DNA of 61,189 nucleotides, the filler included, from Bipalium vagum (taxonomy: Eukaryota), in assembly GCA_037834085.1 (NCBI GenBank). It is 3 parts of 3 records of this genome, joined end to end, with 100 filler letters (N's around TTAATTAATTAA, not from the genome) between each part and the next. Parts side by side here need not be neighbours in the genome. Positions count along the whole stretch, not along the records: positions 1 to 25,264 come from JBBMKC010195830.1; 2 more parts are not named here. One strand, given 5' to 3'. Under the pieces are notes generated by a model that was not told the origin of the DNA, made no database searches, and worked only from the letters and a program-made list of their open reading frames with translations. Numbering within the stretch: position 1 is the first letter of the stretch; each line of letters begins with the position of its first letter. A program made the position numbers and the translations under genes. Of the stretch, positions 12,101-23,979 are shown one piece after another.

Positions 12101-15100
12101 ATCTTACTCTGCATTTGGTGGGATTGAAAGGGTGTAACATATTACAAACTCCTTCCACCAGGTCAGACGTAAAATTCCATCAAATGCTGTTCTCAGCTGA
12201 ATATATTCCAAATCGATACTATTTATTTTATCAATATATCAATGTATTAATATATTGTTTATTTTAAATTATTAACATGTTTCATAAACCAATGGAAAGC
12301 TGTTTTTGGCAAGTCTCTAATCAAACAAGTTCTTTGTTAATTTCGGTTTTTAAGAAACTGCTATGTTTTAATTAGTCGAATTAATCGATAGTTGAAAATT
12401 GAATTGGTAATTTAAAGATAAATGTCAATTCATTTTTATTTTTTGAAATAAATTGGTTGATAAAATAATAAATTACAGTAAATTAGTAACCAATTTGAAA
12501 TCATAATTTTATTAAATTTTTCCAACAATTTTTTATTTTATTGCTATTTTAACTATAAAATTTAACGTCTTCCTAATTTGATTTCGCCTAATTACTCAAA
12601 AAAAATAATTGATATTTTGAAATTTCTTCCTGCACCAACTAGTCTGAGAATTAATTAAACCACCAAGACCATTGTTATCTCTGCCTTGTTCAATACTATT
12701 AATATTTTATCCTTGATATTTTCTTTTGTGCTTGGTTAGATCTAAATATTAATCAATATTTTTTGCTTATATAAATTAATTATAGGAGAACGAAAGCTTT
12801 TATGGTCACCTGACATCTAAAACAAAAAATGAGTTCAAGGTTAACATATTATTTAACTAAGGGGTTTAATATACATATAAAATTAATTTTTAAGTTCAAG
12901 ATACTCGCTTATAAAATTGTTTATGAATCTTTTTTGCACCCTGTACGTATATATCCATAAAATAGCACATCTTTAGTGTCTGAATACTTTTAGATAAATT
13001 CTTTAAATTAGAAATTTTTTTAAGAAAGGTATTGAATAGTTTAATTACGATTTATTACTTTTTAAGTGAGGTATATATTCATTGATTATTTTATTAAAAT
13101 AATTAAATTCAAAGTTTTCTGTAATAAAATGGGAAAATTTTCTAAGCTATTCATTTATTATAAAATGGTACTATTTTAAAGTATACTTATATTGTTGTTC
13201 TCAACAGATTTTAGAATATCAAAGCATTTATCAATCAAAATCCATCCCCATTCCATCATATGCACCAATCGATGATTCAGCAACATTTGTTGGCCGATTA
13301 ATTAAGGAAATACTAAAAGTGACTGACCCAAAGTAATTTTATTATCATTTTATTTTAAAATCCAAAAAATTTTTGTTAATTCTTATTAATAGTAATAAAA
13401 TACACCAGATAATTGATGATTGAGATAATTATTTTGTTTAAAGCATGATAGGAATATTTTTATTTGACAGAGAATGGAGAACAAAATGTTATAATTATGA
13501 AATCCTGGAAATAACAAGAAAATCATATTATTATGAAATTAATTTTTGATTTTTATGAATTGACTCAATCAGTTTTATGAAATTTTAATTTTCTTCAATA
13601 TTTTTTTGATAATACTTATAATTATCCTTAAATAATTATCAATTTTATAATAAATGGAGATATACTGGTAGTTAAATTATTTCTGATCCAGATATTTTGT
13701 ATTATTTAATTACTAAAATTCTAAAGACGTTTTTGATACATGGGCTATCCTATGTTAAGAAGATGAAACATTGCGTCAAAAATTTTAATGTATAAATTTT
13801 AATTTATAAAGTCAACGATATAAAATGGCTATTTTTGAAATAAATTGCCAAAAACAGTTAATTATTATTGATTTACATAATATTTTAAGCACAGACTGTT
13901 ATATTCTTAAGTTGTCATATTTAATAATTTTTTGTCATTAATATCCTAAATTTCCGTAAATAACCCGCACCCATAGAATTTTAAGAATTTTTAAAAGTCT
14001 TCTTTTATATAACCCGCACCTAAGGTATTCAGTAAATTACGAATAAAATAATTAATTTATAATATTTTAATTTTAGAGCTATTAAACAATTTGAAAAGAC
14101 GAAATTCATATACAGCTAATAAAAAAATTAAAAATTATTAAATATGCTAAAGAACATGGGAATAGGGCGGCCGCCAGATGCTATACCATCAATGAAAAAT
14201 CGTACGAGAATGGAAAGAACAAGAAGGTTTGCTTAAAGTTATTCCATCTTTAAAAAGAGCTCGAAGGGGACATAAAGCACGGTGACCAAAAATCGAATCA
14301 TAACTACATCAATGGATTTTGGATTTGCGGAGAAACGGGCGTGGTGTTTATACCATATCAATTTAAAAAAAGCTATGGCAATTGAAAATGAATTGAAGAT
14401 AGATAATTGTAAATTCAGTGGAAAATGGTGCCATAAATTTATGCACAAAAATGGACTTTCATTGCACGCAGTGACATCTACCGGTCAAAAGCTTCGGATA
14501 ATTGGATGGAAAAGATTGAATTATACAAGATTTTTTTAAACGATTCAACAAAAAATGTTGTGCTTAAACATATAGGCAATGTTGATGAAGTATCTATGTG
14601 TTTCGATATGCCTACCGGCTATACAGTTGAATCGATCGGGGCAAATGATGTCAAAATAACCGCAACCGAATCTGAAAAGAATGGATTTACAGTGGTTTTA
14701 TGCGTAACAGCTGATGGAAATAAGCTTCCACCAATGGTTATTTTCAAGCGTAAAACCATCCCTAAAGAAAATTTCCAACCTGGTATAATTGTGCGGGCTA
14801 ATAAAGAAGGATGGATAAACGAAGATATGTTTTTAGGCTGGATAACAGAAGTTTGGAAAAAACGTCCTTCTTCTTTTAATAAATTCATTAAAGAGGTATC
14901 ACCAATGATTGTTATTCCAGGAGGTATGACAAAATTTCTCCAACCGCTGGATATAAATAAATAAAAGTTTCAAATTGAAAATTAGACAGAAATGGGAAAA
15001 TTGGATGATAAAATGCTATAATACTTATACCAAGATGGGAAATTGAGAAATGCTTCTTTTACTACGGTTTGCGATTGGATTGTGGATTCATTTGAAACTA

Positions 15101-18100
15101 TATCAACTCAATGTATTAATAATTGATTTAAAAAGGCTTTTGTATTAGAAGGGGAGGTTAATGAACATGTAACTGATGATAAAACTGAAAGTTCAACGAG
15201 TGAATACAATGTACCAGAATCATTTTTACATTTACTAGATTGTGGTAGTATAGATTCTGATTTCGATGAGAATATTGTTGAATTTTTAAATTAATAAAAT
15301 TTTTATTTTTAAATTTATTCCGTGTGCAACCCACAATAATTATTTATTAAAAAAACCATCTTTTTTTCTTATATAACCCACAGGTTATTTACGGAAATTT
15401 AGGGTGATAAAATTGAGACCAAACTTTCAAACAACATAAACAAACTTTTAAAAAATGAACCTTACCTTTTTAAAAAACTAAATTATTACCTTACAAAATT
15501 TTATCAATATTTATCATGCCATTTGTATTTACAATTTATACATAAATTTTTTAACTAAAATGTCTAATAACCATTAAAAACTGTAACTTAGAAAGATTTT
15601 AATAATTTTTTAAAATTTAAGTTATAAACATTTAATAATCGTTAATTTAGGTGTGAGGTTATTATTTTAAAAAATTCATTCAAACTAATTGTTCGAACCA
15701 CTCCTTATACATCCTATATAAAATTAGGGTTATGTAAAGGAAATATTAATAAATGCATATGTTAATCCAAAAATATACTTTTGTTACTTTCAGAAAAGAT
15801 CCTTCCAAGTAAAATTTATTAAATTTAAAAGAATACAATTTTTATATATCATTGAAACAAATATTCAAAATAGAGATATAATACATATCTGCTTAAACAT
15901 ACAAAAATAATAAGTACTAATCAATAATAATAAGTAATAACTTTCAAAAATTATTTTTTCGTATTTTATCACAAAAATACAGGTGTCAAAAAGATTTTTC
16001 AACCATTATATTATTCATAGATTATTTTGACAAGAATTTTTCCTGAATAATTTAAATATTTGGAAACGTTAAAAAATTTATGGATTGCAATTTAATGTTA
16101 TTTTTTCTTAAATATTAAACGTGAATACCTAAAAAGTATTTTTATTTTATATTCAAAATTATAATATATAAGTTTTTTCTCTTATAAAAATTTTGGTTTT
16201 TAAGTTCTTGATTGTTTCTTTGACACCTTATAATAAACTCAATAGATTCAATATTTTTAAAAATTATATAATATTATTTCAACTTTAACGAACAAAATTT
16301 TTCAAAGTGGTTCTCTAATCAATCGGAATTTTTTGAATCATTGAATTTTGTTGTACAATTTTATTTTCGTAATATAAACAACTAAATATTTCATGATTAT
16401 TATTTTTACTAACAAATTATAATAATAATTAAGGACTTCCATATATGTATCCCATGTCAACTCGTGGTATGATCTCAAAACAAAAGTGGAAGTAGCCAAT
16501 ATAAAATTGTTCACAAAACTAGAAGTAATAGTCATGTCTTTAATCTCTTTTTTCCAATTCTTTTTAGCATGCTATTCTTGTAGAGTGTTTTTAACAGTTT
16601 TGGTCTTTGTAGTCTTGACAGATTAGTGGGTTTATTGCTAGTGAAGCATTTACAACATTTTCTTCAACATATCCAACTCAACTTTAAAGATTCTAAAAAT
16701 TTGGAAACATTGAACCTTTTCCTGAAAGCTGTGAATCCAATATCAACTACCGTCTGTAATTATTTTATTCAGTTTATCGTACATTTATTAAATTATTTTT
16801 ATTTCAGCTCACAAGATTTATTCGGATACTCATAATCGATTGAGTAAAATACTACAACCCGCTGTAGATATTATATTAAAGGTAAGTATTTTATGATATT
16901 GATACTACATTATCAAACCGTTTTATTGTGACAACAATATATAAATTGGAAATTTTTAATTAATTTTTAAAATTTTATCTTTATTTTTAAAATATTAAAA
17001 ATAATATTTAAAATTCACATAAAGTTAAGAATATTCACCATAATTTTTGAAAAGGCGCGAAATACTTTGTCTAATTATACGATAATCTTTGGCTAACTAG
17101 TCAAGCATCTGATTTTAGTTCATAGATTTTATTTAGGATACTAAGTTATTTGTTTTGATATTCTTTAGAAAATACAATCAATTGTTAGATGTATGTATAG
17201 TTTTAGTCATTTTTTGGGCATTTTTTAATTAATTCAAATAATAAGCCAAATTGTGTTTATTTAATTTAGATATTTTTGAAAGTTTTATTTAATTTAATTT
17301 CTTATATAATATCAAACTAATGTATGACTAAAATCATACATTCAAAATTGCATCAGATATGAGTTTCAACAAGGCATTTAATCGATATGCTATATTCTAG
17401 TGGAAAATGCAAATTCCCATAGCAGTTGTAAATTTCTGTAAATTTAAAGAATGACATTTTTATATTATTGATTGAGTACTAGTTGATTGCGCTCCAGAAA
17501 GATTTGAGTCTGAAAACCTGAGAATAATAATAATTGAGAATACTACTCAGACGCAAGAAGAACTCGCCAAAAGACTGTAAGTGTTAATCAAACAAATGTT
17601 AACAGACGGTTACACGAAATGAGAAAAATTTAGAAGCTTGGAATGTGATTGCCACATTTTCTCTAGAAAGCAATCTTTTATGACGGTTAAACATAATGTT
17701 TGTCGTTTCTCGCTAGGCACAGAAAAAGAGTATTGATTATTTATGATAATCCTAAGTGCCGACATTCATGGTTGAGCACCTGGTATGTAGCTGCCTCGGT
17801 CGAAAAAAACCATTCACAGCAAAAAGTTGCTACATTGTATATGGCTGGTTAAGAAAAGCTCTATTCATTATGAGGTCTTTCAAGTAGTTAAAGCATTTTT
17901 CTGATAAAATGAACAGAAAGACATTTTTTCGGACAATGCTTGCGTAAGATGTTTTTGCTACGCATAACAATGCACGTGCTTAAACATAAGCAGGAAACAA
18001 TCTTATAATTACGGTGAGAAGTTCTTTCTCGCACGGCTAACTTTCCGGAATTTCATCCTACCATGTATTATCTATTTCGTTCCATGTAACACTTTAGCCA

Positions 18101-21100
18101 AGTGTCGATTCAAAAGTAATTTATAATAATATAATTTGTAACCTAAAATTTTATTTTAAAAAAGTTTTTTTAATTTTCTGTTTATCTTTTATTTATATTT
18201 TTAGTATTGAAAATTAATGATATAAATTGAAAATATTATTTGATTGTTAGATCGGTCAACTTCAACTCATACGTAAGCATTTTGCCAATCAGCTGAACTT
18301 GTCTAGTAAATTCGAATCGAAATTTCTTCATTCCGCATTGATTACATTGAATAATTCTCTTTTGCACGATCTTGATAAACTTGCATTCAGTCCTGCTACC
18401 TGTCCGTATCCAGCGATATTTTACACCAATGAGAATGAAAACGAAACAGAAATAAACAACTCAACAGATATCGATACTGATCTCATTTATCACACGAACA
18501 AACTTCTCCATTCTGCTGGGCTTCATGATCCGATTAGTCAAATTTATATTACAACTCAAAAATTCCGATATTCCTCAGTGTATCCGTGCATTATTTTGAC
18601 TTCTGTTCTAGGCAAATTAATATATTCAAAAACCGCGGGTAATTTATATTGATGTGATTTCAAATCAAAATAAATATTACACTTTTACAGACACATTGAT
18701 AAGCAAAAAAACCAGTGATGCACTTGATGGGTACGTTTTATCAATGGGTATTACAACTCTTTTGCAGCAAATGCATCCAATAGTTACCAAGGAATGGATT
18801 GGACTTATGGGTCAATATGTTCGATCTCTTGCAATGTCCCTTCAAAGGTAATTTATTTTTGGTTGTGAAGAAGTTTAATTAAAAATGAATTACATTTAAA
18901 ATTTTGGAGCTAGTTTTCCAGATTCTTTTTTTGGGAGAGGTACAAATGTTACTATTTTAAATATGAAATATTTAACTTTCAGCTCCAACTTTTAATTCAT
19001 CACTTTGTTATTATCATGTTCGTTTTATTAAAATTTCTACAAAAATCTATACTCGATTGAATCAAAGATCACAATAAAACCTTATCCCGGTTCGCAACCC
19101 CCCAAAGTGAATCAAAACAATCACAGAAAAAATATATTACAATTATAACACTTTTTAATAAAAAAATAAACAATCGCAGAAACATCACCATAAATGTTTT
19201 AAAAAACACAAGAACCAAATGTCTGAATCAATTAAATAAAATAATGTTAATAAGATAATTAAATTAAAATTAAAACGAACACAAACACAAAAAATAAACA
19301 GAACAATAATAACTGTCATCATGAGCGGCAATGGGTAACCGGGTCGGCCTCTAGGTCTTGTTCGATCCCCACATGATTTTTCCAAATTTCAAAGGTTAAA
19401 TCCTGTTGCAAATTGGTCATTGTAACAATATTTACTAGGCAATACAAAATTTTCGGATATTTTCTTTAAATTAAAATCTGCGTCCCGATGAAATCTTCAA
19501 TAATTTCTTGTCAAAAGACCTTATCTCAAAAATAAATGATAAAAAAAATCTTTGTGCAATATTTTTGGACGATTTTCTTGAGATAGCCTTCGTTTAATAT
19601 AGTCGTATCTACGACCACCAATCTCTACGTTTAGAAGGTTTATCTCATTAATCAAACTTTATTTCTTTTAATATCTCCATGGTAAGATAAAATTACCTTT
19701 ATTACATACTATAATAATACTATAAATCTAATAATACTAATGCCAGATGGTTTGACATAATTCATTTTATTATTATCTCGTCGGTAAGATTACAATAAAT
19801 TACTATTAAGTTTTTCTTAAAGTATTTTTTGATTAAAACTTAATTATTATTAATGACCTTCTATTTCGAAATCTATGGTTCGTGCCTTTAGCAAACCAAA
19901 CACAATTTAAAAGAAATTACTTTAAAATCAGGTTAATTTCTGAAATTAAAGTTACTTTTAAAAACATCAATTCCAAATTTTAAGTTATTTAAGAGAATAA
20001 TAATAATTCTTCAAATAATGAATTCTTTTATCGACTTCTGAAAGAAAATTCATTTATGTATTCTTCTAGTGTTTAGAATCTCATTGATATTTTCGACTTA
20101 AAGAATGTTTTTAAAGCATCCATAGTTTTTCAATAAGATTGTGTGTACTTCTGTTTTTGGATGATTAACTGATCAACTTTTTTTTCCTTATTGGTTTTAA
20201 TTATAACTTTTCATTTATTCCGGTCCATGGAACATTCCCTGAAGAATCAAAATTTCAAAAATGCAGATGATGTTCGAACTCACCTAGAATCATATTTCTC
20301 TTCAAAGAATACAGAATTTTATGACCGGGGAACAAGATGGCAAAAGGTCCTAGACAACGATTGAAATTATATAATGGATTAAAAATAGAAATAAATGTAA
20401 ATAATTGATTACATATGGGTACTCCTAATAGTATCTTTTTCTCCTAATAATCATCTTTGTTTGATCTGCAACTCTAACTTCCTGCGCGTAATTACTGTTT
20501 CATCAATTTGAACAATAACTCCAAACTCTTCTAATTTGTCTTCAATTTCCTCCAGATTTATTCTAGATTTTTATTTATCTTATACCATTTAACCACCTTT
20601 GATTTTGAAACTTTAATGTCCTCCGAAACTGATTTTATTAATTTATCTTGAAGAAATAAAATTAACTATTTCGTCAAAATTTCGCTAGTGATCCTTGCAT
20701 TAGGTAATAAATATACTGTGATGTCTAAAATCTGGTTAGGATTTAATTTTCTTTTAGTTACTCTTACACAAATTGCATCTCCACATACATCTATCTCCTT
20801 TTTGCTTAACTTTGTTTTCACACATTTTAGTATTACACTGTTCGTAATTCATTGTTTTTTAAAAATTTACAATCTCTTAGTATTCGGATATAATCTTCGG
20901 TACTTACAAATAAAGTATTAATAGTTTTTGATATTAAGATAATATATTTAAATATTATGCCTACAAAATTATAGATATTATTTATTTATTAATTTTTTTT
21001 GTTGAAATACCTTTTTTAAAATTTACGCTTCAATATGAAAAAAAATTTATATTAATAAAACAAATTTTCCTTTATTAATTCATACTGCAAAAATTAAGTT

Positions 21101-21606
21101 TCATAAACCGCCATTAATTTCTTTACAACCTAATACAATAATACAAATTACGTACAATAAACAAAAGTAAATTTAATTTCAACTAGTAACTATTTTTTTA
21201 AAATTTAATTTAAATCTTTACGATAGGGAGTTATTGTGTCGATAACTCATGAATAACTGAAAGGGAATCGTCGGGTATATTGACAATTGAAATAATTCTA
21301 TAGAAATATTTTGAGATTGAAGCCTTACAAGACAAGTTGCTTCTTCTCATTGTAAGCGCGTTGGATAGTGTAAGTCGTTTCATAAAATTCTCTTCAAAAA
21401 TTTTAATATGGCTTATTTTAATGGCATCATTTTATTTTCTATTTAGCAAAAATGGGGTTGTGACATATCCAACGGAATTGATAAATTCCATTGCTATTCT
21501 ACAAGATTTTTGTTACCTTTCGCGTCGACCAATTAATGCGTTGTACGCATTCATTCCAGAATACTTGATCGACGATATTCGTACCCAGATCAGAAATAGT
21601 GATTAA
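6146..21606 (+). CDS. WASHC5: WASH complex subunit 5 / strumpellin, about 1180 aa, 16 exons: 6146-6361, 6407-6513, 6571-6655, 7449-7549, 7599-7721, 8241-8559, 8628-9770, 11267-11368, 11420-11599, 13208-13332, 16434-16524, 16584-16755, 16808-16881, 18251-18638, 18691-18847, 21447-21606
   Basis: All introns GT-AG and phase-consistent (3543 nt CDS); hallmark motifs [92 protein letters not shown] are collinear with human KIAA0196 as recalled. Confidence 0.95.
6890..7200 (+). mobile_element. Mariner C-terminal relic in WASHC5 intron 3
   Basis: Degenerate [11 protein letters not shown] and GWEVLxHP/YHFRSL-like stretches. Confidence 0.5.
9960..10900 (-). mobile_element. Mariner transposase pseudogene in WASHC5 intron 7
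   Basis: ORF fragments [69 protein letters not shown]; a second [13 protein letters not shown]-like segment near 10080. Confidence 0.85.
12040..12200 (+). mobile_element. Mariner fragment in WASHC5 intron 9
   Basis: [41 protein letters not shown]. Confidence 0.75.
13944..15404 (+). mobile_element. pogo-superfamily (POGK/Passer-like) DNA transposon, defective, in WASHC5 intron 10
   Basis: Perfect 21-bp TIR cctaaatttccgtaaataacc (13945-13965 / 15383-15403); subterminal taacccgcacc repeats; BrkDBD-like [39 protein letters not shown]_1 motifs [45 protein letters not shown]; frameshifts and stops. Confidence 0.9.
17340..18110 (+). mobile_element. Near full-length decayed mariner in WASHC5 intron 13
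   Basis: YEFQQG N-terminus, [36 protein letters not shown] remnants. Confidence 0.75.
19006..19706 (-). mobile_element. Solo-LTR-like element A (related to 54013-54900) in WASHC5 intron 15
   Basis: TG...CA ends; shares blocks gaatcaaa..cacaataa..ttat..cgca-ccc, agcc..ttt(a)atatagtcgta and caatc.ctacg with element C; right boundary uncertain. Confidence 0.5.
20200..20385 (+). mobile_element. Mariner 3' end fragment
   Basis: [55 protein letters not shown]. Confidence 0.8.
20430..20860 (-). mobile_element. Merlin/ISXO2-type transposase relic
   Basis: Minus strand: [17 protein letters not shown] zinc-ribbon-like segment and [20 protein letters not shown] (cf. GGxGxxVEIDE..xRK). Confidence 0.65.
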
Positions 21607-21929
21607 TTGAATTTAATTGGTATTTGAATTAATGATGATTTTATAGTTGATTGTTTTTTCTATTAATTTTTATTAGAAAATTTGAAAATTTTGGAAACAT
21701 TTCCTTTATATTCTATTTGGCTCTGTCAAAATTTTAATATAAAAATTAAATTATACTTTTGATTTTGAAAAATTGAGAGTAAAGCATTTCGAAACTTGGA
21801 TAATTTACAAAATTACATAGTATGTTGAGAATTGTTAAGAATTTGTCCAAAATTAGTTTAGTAACGTTAAAGATTTAAGATTTCCTAAATGATTTTTGTA
21901 CGATATACTACAAGTAATCCTTTTAGTTG

Positions 21930-22400
21930 GTGATACTGAGCTGCTACATCCTTTACATTGCGTGCAACTTGTAAGTTGTGTATACACCATGACTTCTCGC
22001 TTTTTTAGTGTATGGTTGCAATAATAAGATAAGTTGATATACAGTTTTCTGTAATTTATTTTCGTTGTGATATATACGTTTTTATAATCTACTCTCAGAT
22101 TATTTGATGATGTCCGAATTTTTATGATTAGTTTTGCAATGCTGTTTCAGATATTTTCAATCAATAAGATAATTTCTAAGGCTAATTCAGGTATTGCTTA
22201 AACATTTAACTAGAATTTACTGGTATACCATATCCTGATTTAATACAAATGTTATTAATCCTCTTATTTTGTCGTTTTGTAGCTATACGTTTTGAGTGGT
22301 TCTTCATTTTCAGCTGGAAATCGTGTTCGACTGATAATTTGAGTTATTGATGTAATGAAGTTTTCATTAATTCATACTATTCAATGAGCGGATAAGATGT
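21930..22400 (-). mobile_element. Possible decayed non-LTR retrotransposon fragment
   Basis: Coding-like remnants with many stops; weak resemblance to R4/NeSL pre-RT region. Confidence 0.25.
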
Positions 22401-22779
22401 CATTTTCTGAAAATTAGATGTTGATTAACAGTTGTAGTTCATTATTAAAACGAATTTGTGCTTTGATAACCAGTAACCAAGCCAGTACCAGCAAGTAGCC
22501 AGCATAGCAATAGAAGAAACGACAAATTTTGATATAAAAGGTAAGAAGAGAACCAGAACGATAAACTATTACTAAGTCAATTTTTGTTTAATTAACTTAT
22601 TCATCAGGAAATTTGATTACAAATTCCACTAACTAAATAATAATAAATAATTTTGGTTTCACATTATTATTAAGTGAGCCGATTTCCAAATAATTAAACT
22701 CTTCACTATAATTCAATTTGTAATTATAAGTTCAAAGATAATAAATAAATTAAGTAAACACTAAAGGTTGGATAGCTAC

Positions 22780-23030
22780 TCCGACACTTTAGGATCAATT
22801 TATTAGGATCAATTTTGTTTTTCACTGATTTCCTTGTATCTATGTGGCCAATTCAATTGTATCTTTAATCTTCTCTTTGGCTCCTATGATCTGTAGTAAT
22901 TCCACTTTTACTGCTTTCCTTATTTGCGACTTTAGTCTTGCGATGAATTTTTCTACGATTACTGATTCTAGTTGTCTTGCTTTCTCTTCCAGTCGGCAAC
23001 ATGTTCAATATGGCCCTTGTTAAAAATTGT
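22780..23030 (-). mobile_element. LTR-retrotransposon gag-like fragment
   Basis: CRLEEKARQLESVIVEKFIARLKSQIRKAVKVELL..IKDTIELA resembles gag capsid KFIxGL..IR motif. Confidence 0.45.
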
Positions 23031-23979
23031 CTTCTTATTATTTATTATTATTATCGTTGTTATTATTATTATTATTATTAAGTGAGACCATATGTATGGC
23101 TGGAAAGATCAAAATTGTAATTTGATTGGAGACGAGTAGAGATTGGCTGTCGTTGACCAATCTATGAAAGGCAAAGTTCTTTAAGGACTTATTGAAGAAA
23201 AAGAAATTCCTGGGATTTATTATTTGATCATTGTACAGGAAATTATTGTTTGGAGTCATAGTATTGGGAATATCGAAAAAAAGGAAAATATTGTTGGAAA
23301 TTATCGGCTGAACAAAGAAATCACCATTTAAAATTATCCTCACAAGAAAATTATCTTCAGTATTGAGGGTCAGAAGAACAAGATCATCATCAAAGGTTTA
23401 TGATTATATCTATTTTCCAGAATGCAACAGGATTGTTCAATGGGTTCAATGTACATGGCCTAGTCAACGACCCAGAGACTCATATTGTTCATTTCGTGTG
23501 AGACGATTTTCTGTTGTTGTTTTATTTCTTATTTTTATCGATTACAATTTTAATATTTCTTATTTAATAATATTTTACTGATTATAGTTTTTCTAGTAAA
23601 CCATTAATAATAAATATCATTTTCCGTTTCTGCTTTCGTTTAAATTTCCAGATTTTTTTTAGTTGTGTTAAGTTCCTAAAAAGTAGCTGATTTTAAGTAA
23701 AAAAGATCGAACTTGGCGTTTAGGTCACTTAACAAAGTATTTAATATCAGAAGGGTTTACGGATGAGCGTTCAAGCACAAATATAAAAATCACTGTCACA
23801 ATGAACGATCAAATAAAAATTTTAATGAACTAAGAGAACACAAATTGTTTTAAAATATTTATTGACAAATCTGAATTTTACAAGAACATTCTTTATGGAA
23901 TTATCAAGTTCAGATATCTTTTGGCACAAACTTAGTTTAATGCGCAAAAGTCCTCCGCAATTTACCAGCTAGCGGCTGT

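Noticed and set aside
14239-14888. Minus-strand ORFs 14239-14448 and 14619-14888
   Set aside because: Antisense to the pogo transposase
21304-21368. Extra WASHC5 exon (tag|...|gtaagt)
   Set aside because: Introduces a stop in the required phase, and exons 15 and 16 already align contiguously with the human protein
23363-23581. Cys/Trp ORF as a host PHD-finger gene
   Set aside because: Cys/His spacing incomplete and surrounded by stops; at best a transposon remnant
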